In this document: positions 58,912 to 64,000 of the stretch, piece by piece
Numbering within the stretch: position 1 is the stretch's first letter
Layout of the letters: every line of letters begins with the position of its first letter
Source of the DNA: Polyangiaceae bacterium
GTDB lineage: Bacteria > Myxococcota_A > Polyangia > Polyangiales > Polyangiaceae
DNA: 64,000 nt
Direction: 5' to 3'
Assembly (NCBI GenBank): GCA_965222375.1
Contig: CBDCTZ010000016.1
Location: 2,528,001-2,592,000 of the forward strand
Made by a program: the position numbers and the translations under genes
Notes under the pieces: generated by a model
Databases searched by the model: none
What the model saw: only the letters and a program-made list of their open reading frames with translations
Told to the model about the DNA's origin: nothing

Positions 58912-59415
58912 GTGAGCAAGGGAAAGGCATATCCCCTCGGAGCGCTACAGGAGAAGCGCAAGTCCGAGGTCGATGAGCGCGCACGGGCCCTGGCTCGAGA
59001 GCGCGCGCGCACCGAGGTGGCCAAGACCCGGGCCGTATCCGCGGAGCTGGCCCTCGATCGTCACGATCAAGCCACGAACGACGAACTGGAGTCCGAGCGC
59101 GCACAGCTGGAAGCCGGGGCGTTGCGCGTCCAAGACCTCGCTCAGGTGGCCGGTTGGGAGCACGCCGCCGCCGAACAGCGCGTGGCGCTCGAGCGCCAGC
59201 GAAGCGAGGCGGCGCAGGCTCTCGCCGCCCAGCGCGCCGCGGAAGGCACGTCGCAAGCAGAGCTGGTCCGGGCCGATGCTGACGCCGAGGCGGTTGCGAA
59301 GCACCGGAACGGATGGGAGGCGGCGCGGCGCAAGGCTCAACAAGATGCAGAAGCTGAAGCTGCGGAAGAAGCTTGGCTAGCGCGGCGTTCTGATACCGAT
59401 CGGAGCGATCCTTGA
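58912..59415 (+). CDS. FliJ/YscO-like coiled-coil protein
   Basis: N-terminal YPLGALQEKR, all-helical about 167 aa, C-terminal AEAVAKHRNGW...EAAEE. Confidence 0.55.
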   Translation: MSKGKAYPLGALQEKRKSEVDERARALARERARTEVAKTRAVSAELALDRHDQATNDELESERAQLEAGALRVQDLAQVAGWEHAAAEQRVALERQRSEAAQALAAQRAAEGTSQAELVRADADAEAVAKHRNGWEAARRKAQQDAEAEAAEEAWLARRSDTDRSDP

Positions 59416-61811
59416 GACAGATTGGTGTGATCGTGGTGGGGCTCGCCTTTGCCTGCTCCGGGCAACAGAAGCCCCGCGAGCAAGCGGCGCCACCGCCATT
59501 GAGCCAACCCAAACCGGCGGCCTCTGCCGCGGTGGCGAAGTCTTCCCCTGTCGGCGGCGTCTCCTTGGAAGCCTTCGAGCCGCTGCTGTCCCAGCCGGAC
59601 CTGGCGGAAGCCAAGCAGGCGCTGTCACGGGGCGACGCCAAGCGCGCTGCGTCCTTCGTCCGAGCAAAAGCGCAGAAGGCGCCATCGGGCAGTTTGAGGT
59701 CGCTGCGCTTGCACTTTCTTTTGGGCCGCCTGCTCGACCAAGCGTCCGCGCTGAAAGCAGCGGCTGAGGCTTACAAGATCGCCGCGGCCAGCCCCTGGGC
59801 CCTTCGCGACTACGCCCGGTTCTTCCAGGCCAAGATCGCGCTGAGTCGCGGAGACTTTCGGACTGCTCTCGAACACTTCGACAAGATCACTCGGGGCCAA
59901 CCCCTTCACACACAGTCGCGGGCTCCTCGCGCCGACGCCCTAGCGGGCTTGAAGCGCTTCGACGAGGCCATCGAGGTCTGGCGGCGGCAGATTTCGGCAT
60001 CGACCAAGGGCGGCGACACGTCGACGGCGATGCGGCTTGTCGAAGCCCTGCTAGGCCGCGCTGCCGGAAACACTACGGACCCCAAAGCCAAGCTTGCAGA
60101 TGTCACCGAGGCACTGCGCCTGTCGCGGCGGGTCGGCGCGGAAGCGGCAGCCAATCGTCGGACAGCCTTGCGCGCCGGAGGCCTATCCAAGCGCGCCCTC
60201 GAGATGCTCCCGCGCGCCGAGCGCGCACGCTTCAATCAACCTTCGCCTGATGAACGCCTAGCCCGAGTGCGCGCCCTGGCAGATGCTCGCGAGCACGAGT
60301 CGGCCGAGCGAGCTGCCAACGATCTGCTCAAAGCGCTGCCCCGGGGCCAGCGCTACAACGTTGTGGGTTGCGAGGCGTCCATCTTTCGAGGCAAAGCCAT
60401 TTCGGCCCAGCGGGAGACCGGCCGCGCCGCCGACTCACTGAAGGAAGCTATCAAGCACTGCAAGGATCCAAACCAGCGCGCCCGCTCCTTGTACTTGGCC
60501 GGGCGCTACGCAGCTCGGGATGGGCGTCACGCCCAAGCGGTTCAACACTTCGCACAGTTGGAAAAAGAGCAACCGAAGCACCGACTCTCGGACGATGCGC
60601 GCATGCTTCGGGCCCTGTCTTATTTCGACATGGGCGTGGAGGCGCGCTTCACCAAGCTGCTTTCGGCAATGCCCCAGGACTACCCCGACGGCGACATGAT
60701 GCTCGACGGCGTGTTTCGCCTGGCCATGCGCCGGATCGAAAAGGGCGATTGGTCCGGAGCGGCTTCGGTCTTGGATCGCGCGGCGGACATGGTCTCGGGC
60801 CGGGATAGCGCCCGCGGGACCGAGTTTTCAGGGAGGGAGCGCTACTTCCGAGCCCGGGCCTGGATTGAAACTGGAGAAGCCGAGCGCGGTTACGCGGAGT
60901 TCGAATCGATCGTGCGAGAGCTGCCGTTGTCCTATTACATGCTGCACGCCTACTCCCGCCTGGTGGAGCGAGACCCCTTCGGTGCCAAACGGGTCCGCGA
61001 CGAGGCGGTGCAGAAGTCCGCTGCGGAGCCCTTCACCTTTCCGCAGCGCCCAGAGCTGTCCACTCCGGGTTTCACTAGGGCCATGGAGCTGCTGCGGCAG
61101 AGTGAATTCGAACTGGCGCGACAAGAGATTGAAGCGCTGGGTCTCGTCAAGCGCGGTGCCGCGCCGGAGCTGCTTTGGGCGGTTGCTCTACTCTATGCTC
61201 GCGCCGGCTCTGCCAAGGACGCCCATCAAGTGGCCCGGGGGTTGCTCACGGACTGGCTGGCGCGATGGCCCGCAGGGGATTGGGTCAAGGCCTGGGAGCT
61301 TGCGTTCCCCCGGCCTCACCGCGCTCTCGTGATTCGCGAGACGAGAAAGAACTCGGTTCCCGAGTGCCTGGTCTACGGCGTGATGCGAGAAGAGAGTGCC
61401 TTCGACGCCAAGGCTGTGAGTTATGCCAATGCCTACGGGTTGATGCAGCTGATCGTGCCCACCGCCAAGATGCTGGCCAAACCCATCGGGCTTCCTTACA
61501 GCCCTGCGGCTCTCAAACGCCCGAGCGTGAACATCTCCCTGGGCAGTCGCGGATTGGCAGAGCTGGCCAAGAGCTTCCGGACCAATCCGGTCCTGGCTAT
61601 TCCTGGTTACAATGCCGGTCCTGGCCGGCCGCGCCGGTGGCTTCGTCAGCGCCCCAGCATGGACTTCGACGTATGGGTCGAGGCGATTCCCTTCAACGAA
61701 ACGCGTCGCTACACGAAGCGCGTGCTCGCTAGCCGCGCCGCCTACGCGTTCTTATACGAGTCCAATATCGCGGACGAAATGATGGTGCTGCCCATTCGTC
61801 TTTCGCGCTGA
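59412..61811 (+). CDS. Soluble lytic transglycosylase (Slt70-like, TPR + SLT) lipoprotein
   Basis: LAFAC lipobox; MREESAF, AYGLMQL, YNAGPG, ETRRYTKRV. Confidence 0.93.
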   Translation: MRQIGVIVVGLAFACSGQQKPREQAAPPPLSQPKPAASAAVAKSSPVGGVSLEAFEPLLSQPDLAEAKQALSRGDAKRAASFVRAKAQKAPSGSLRSLRLHFLLGRLLDQASALKAAAEAYKIAAASPWALRDYARFFQAKIALSRGDFRTALEHFDKITRGQPLHTQSRAPRADALAGLKRFDEAIEVWRRQISASTKGGDTSTAMRLVEALLGRAAGNTTDPKAKLADVTEALRLSRRVGAEAAANRRTALRAGGLSKRALEMLPRAERARFNQPSPDERLARVRALADAREHESAERAANDLLKALPRGQRYNVVGCEASIFRGKAISAQRETGRAADSLKEAIKHCKDPNQRARSLYLAGRYAARDGRHAQAVQHFAQLEKEQPKHRLSDDARMLRALSYFDMGVEARFTKLLSAMPQDYPDGDMMLDGVFRLAMRRIEKGDWSGAASVLDRAADMVSGRDSARGTEFSGRERYFRARAWIETGEAERGYAEFESIVRELPLSYYMLHAYSRLVERDPFGAKRVRDEAVQKSAAEPFTFPQRPELSTPGFTRAMELLRQSEFELARQEIEALGLVKRGAAPELLWAVALLYARAGSAKDAHQVARGLLTDWLARWPAGDWVKAWELAFPRPHRALVIRETRKNSVPECLVYGVMREESAFDAKAVSYANAYGLMQLIVPTAKMLAKPIGLPYSPAALKRPSVNISLGSRGLAELAKSFRTNPVLAIPGYNAGPGRPRRWLRQRPSMDFDVWVEAIPFNETRRYTKRVLASRAAYAFLYESNIADEMMVLPIRLSR

Positions 61812-61912
61812 CGCTTTGCCCATGGACACGGCTGTCCGTGCCTGGAGCGACGCGCGGGTGAGGGTGGGCCGTGTTGTCACTTTTGTAGCAGTCGGGGTAG
61901 GCTTTATCCTGG

Positions 61913-64000
61913 ATGAGACGACTACTTGTTTGGGTTTTGGCTGTCGGCTGCCTCGCCTGTGCAGAGCTGCCTGACGTGCCCGCGGGTGTGTGTGGCAACG
62001 GAGTGGTGGAAGATGGCGAGGACTGCGACAGCCTCGACGCATCTTGCGGCGCACCGGAGTCGGACGCCGCATGCCGCCAGCTGTGTGCGACGGACGATGA
62101 ATGCGGCAGCGGGGCAGCCCGCTGCGGTTTCGATGGGGTTTGTCGCTCCGCCAGTGGCGGCTTCGATCTCGTCAACGAAATCGGAACCCCGGGGGCTCAA
62201 TATGCCGACGCGGCCGACTTCGATGGCGACGGGGTCAGCGATGTGATGACCTTCGGTAGCCAACAAGTGCGCGCCTTGTTCCTGGAGGAGTCCGGAGGGC
62301 TGATCAGCGAGTCGACCCTGCCGGCCATGGCGCTTGCTCCGGCGATCGGTGACCTGACGACGGATCCCGAAGGCCAGCCGGATGGCCTGGGAGACATCGT
62401 GGATCTCACGACCAGGGGTGTGAGCGTCTTCCGGGGTCAGCCGGATCAGAGCTTTCAGAGCACGTCCTATTCGTCCATCAGCGTAGACAAGGACACGGTC
62501 ACCTACGCGGTGGTCGAGGCGCGACAGCCCACGAATCAGCAGGACCGGGTCTTCGCCTCGAACGAAGTTCTGCGGTTCATCGGCAATACCGTGCAGCACG
62601 AGCTCGACAACGAACCGCTCTTCGATCTGCCGTTCCCCGCATCGGAACTGAATCTGCCGGTCGCCGTGGCCGATATCGATATCCAAGATGGCCGCGAATC
62701 AGGCGAACTTGCCATCAGCCAGAAGGACGGAAACCTGGTGCATGTGCTGGCCGTCGCGCAGCCCGGCGCCAACGCCTGGAACAAGAACGCCGGCCTTCAT
62801 CCAACCGTGAAGCTGCCCCCGGGCGCCAAGATCAAGGGCAGGCTGTTCCTCCAGGACGTGAACGGAGACAGCATCGTCGATATTCTAGCAACGGCAGAAA
62901 CGGTTGCTGAGCCCAAGAAGCCCGCAGTGAAGGTCTTGGGCATCTACGTCAGCTTCGGAGTCGGGGACGGGACGTTCCACTCCCTCGCGTCAGAGCTACC
63001 CACTCCTCCTGCTGCAGACCAGGAATTCAAGCTGATGGCCTCGCCAGTGCCAATGCCCCCCCTTGCTCTGGCGGATCTCAACGGAGACTCCGTCATCGAT
63101 GGCGTTTTCGCGACGGCGGTCATCGTCAGCAAGCTCAAGCCCGGTGGCCCAGACGGCGACTGCAGCAAGAAAGTCCCGGGCTACTTCTGCCTGCACAATG
63201 ACGGTCCACCCTGGATCGACGCAGCCATCGGTGACTTCAATGCGACGCCAGCCAAGGACATGGCGCTGCTGCGTCTTGGCGCCCTGAATGTCGAGTTTTG
63301 GAATGGGTTGGGCAAGGGCGCCTTCAACCCCTTCTTGATCCCCACTGAAGGGTTTCCCGCTCGACTGCTGAAAGGGGATTTCGATGGCGACTTATTGCCC
63401 GACTTGGCGGTCCTCGAGCGTAGCGAGCCGACGGATCCTGCGAACCCAACGCCCAGCCTAGGGGACGACACGGTGAGCGTGTTGTTCAGTCAAGCTTTTG
63501 GCCCGCCTTTGGCGCCACAGGTCTTTGCCGAGCTGGGCAGCGTCGAACAGCTGGTGGTCGGGCGGCTGGACTTCGCCGCGGCGGACAACGTCAGTGACAT
63601 CGGTGTGCTGTCCACAGACGACCAGGGAAGCCGCGCCATCGCCATCTTCCAGGGTAGTGGGAGTCGCCTGCTTCAGTCTCCGTACCTCTTGGTAGATACG
63701 ACTACGGACGATGCAGAGCTCGCGATGCGTGCGACCGTGGGTCAGTTCGGCGCAGGCGGCAACGACATCGCGGCGGTCGCCTTCAAGGCGCTGGAACCGG
63801 GGCTGGAGCAGCATTTGTGGATTCTGCCCACGGAGGAAGAGGCGTCCATCTCGGCGGCGAACGTGGCTCTGCCGATCAAGCTGCCCGACAACTTTGATGC
63901 GTGCTCCGCTCTTCTCTTGCCCGTGGACATCGACGCGAACGGCGTCAATGAACTCGTCATGCTCTCCCGAAACATTTCTGAGGGCACGGTCGAACGCAAC
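61913..64000 (+). CDS. FG-GAP/VCBS repeat lipoprotein (runs off window end)
   Basis: Manual translation: MRRLLVWVLAVGCLAC, CGNGVVEDGEDCD, ADFDGDGVSDV, DVNGDSIVD, DLNGDSVID, GDFDGDLLPDL. Confidence 0.9.
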   Translation, partial: MRRLLVWVLAVGCLACAELPDVPAGVCGNGVVEDGEDCDSLDASCGAPESDAACRQLCATDDECGSGAARCGFDGVCRSASGGFDLVNEIGTPGAQYADAADFDGDGVSDVMTFGSQQVRALFLEESGGLISESTLPAMALAPAIGDLTTDPEGQPDGLGDIVDLTTRGVSVFRGQPDQSFQSTSYSSISVDKDTVTYAVVEARQPTNQQDRVFASNEVLRFIGNTVQHELDNEPLFDLPFPASELNLPVAVADIDIQDGRESGELAISQKDGNLVHVLAVAQPGANAWNKNAGLHPTVKLPPGAKIKGRLFLQDVNGDSIVDILATAETVAEPKKPAVKVLGIYVSFGVGDGTFHSLASELPTPPAADQEFKLMASPVPMPPLALADLNGDSVIDGVFATAVIVSKLKPGGPDGDCSKKVPGYFCLHNDGPPWIDAAIGDFNATPAKDMALLRLGALNVEFWNGLGKGAFNPFLIPTEGFPARLLKGDFDGDLLPDLAVLERSEPTDPANPTPSLGDDTVSVLFSQAFGPPLAPQVFAELGSVEQLVVGRLDFAAADNVSDIGVLSTDDQGSRAIAIFQGSGSRLLQSPYLLVDTTTDDAELAMRATVGQFGAGGNDIAAVAFKALEPGLEQHLWILPTEEEASISAANVALPIKLPDNFDACSALLLPVDIDANGVNELVMLSRNISEGTVERN

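Overview
GC-rich bacterial DNA, very probably Myxococcota (Polyangia-like). The indicators are Gly-rich lipoproteins, a Ser/Thr kinase with an FHA-sigma54 activator, a TIGR02996-like motif and a Myxococcus-type LexA box. The window runs as follows. (1) The 5' part of pyrG and a BNR lipoprotein. (2) An accessory region (about 2.5-23.7 kb) that opens with IS21 and IS256 remnants. It carries a PcRGLX/YetA-like large lipoprotein, a WGR-SMI1/KNR4-LRR protein, a translationally coupled cohesin-like lipoprotein plus dockerin-tailed M1 aminopeptidase, three parallel beta-helix secreted proteins, and a kinase / FHA-sigma54 activator / TPR / LamG module. (3) dinB with a LexA box, a cupin, an ABC substrate-binding protein and dacB. 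(4) A complete alternative complex III (actA, B, C, DE, F, G-like) + SCO + A2-type caa3 oxidase operon. (5) A group 2-like sigma70, an ABC exporter, an LRR lipoprotein, and rpmI-rplT-pheS without adjacent infC or pheT. (6) An Asp/Asn hydroxylase-like gene, a polysaccharide deacetylase, carB, a FliJ/YscO-like gene coupled to a lytic transglycosylase, and a partial FG-GAP protein. The two most notable signals are a candidate cohesin-dockerin surface-anchoring system for a peptidase, and a repeated TGAC-N7-GTCA palindrome paired with -24/-12 promoters, which suggests an island-wide sigma54 regulon. All family assignments come from motif recognition by eye, not from database searches. No rRNA, tRNA or convincing CRISPR array was seen.
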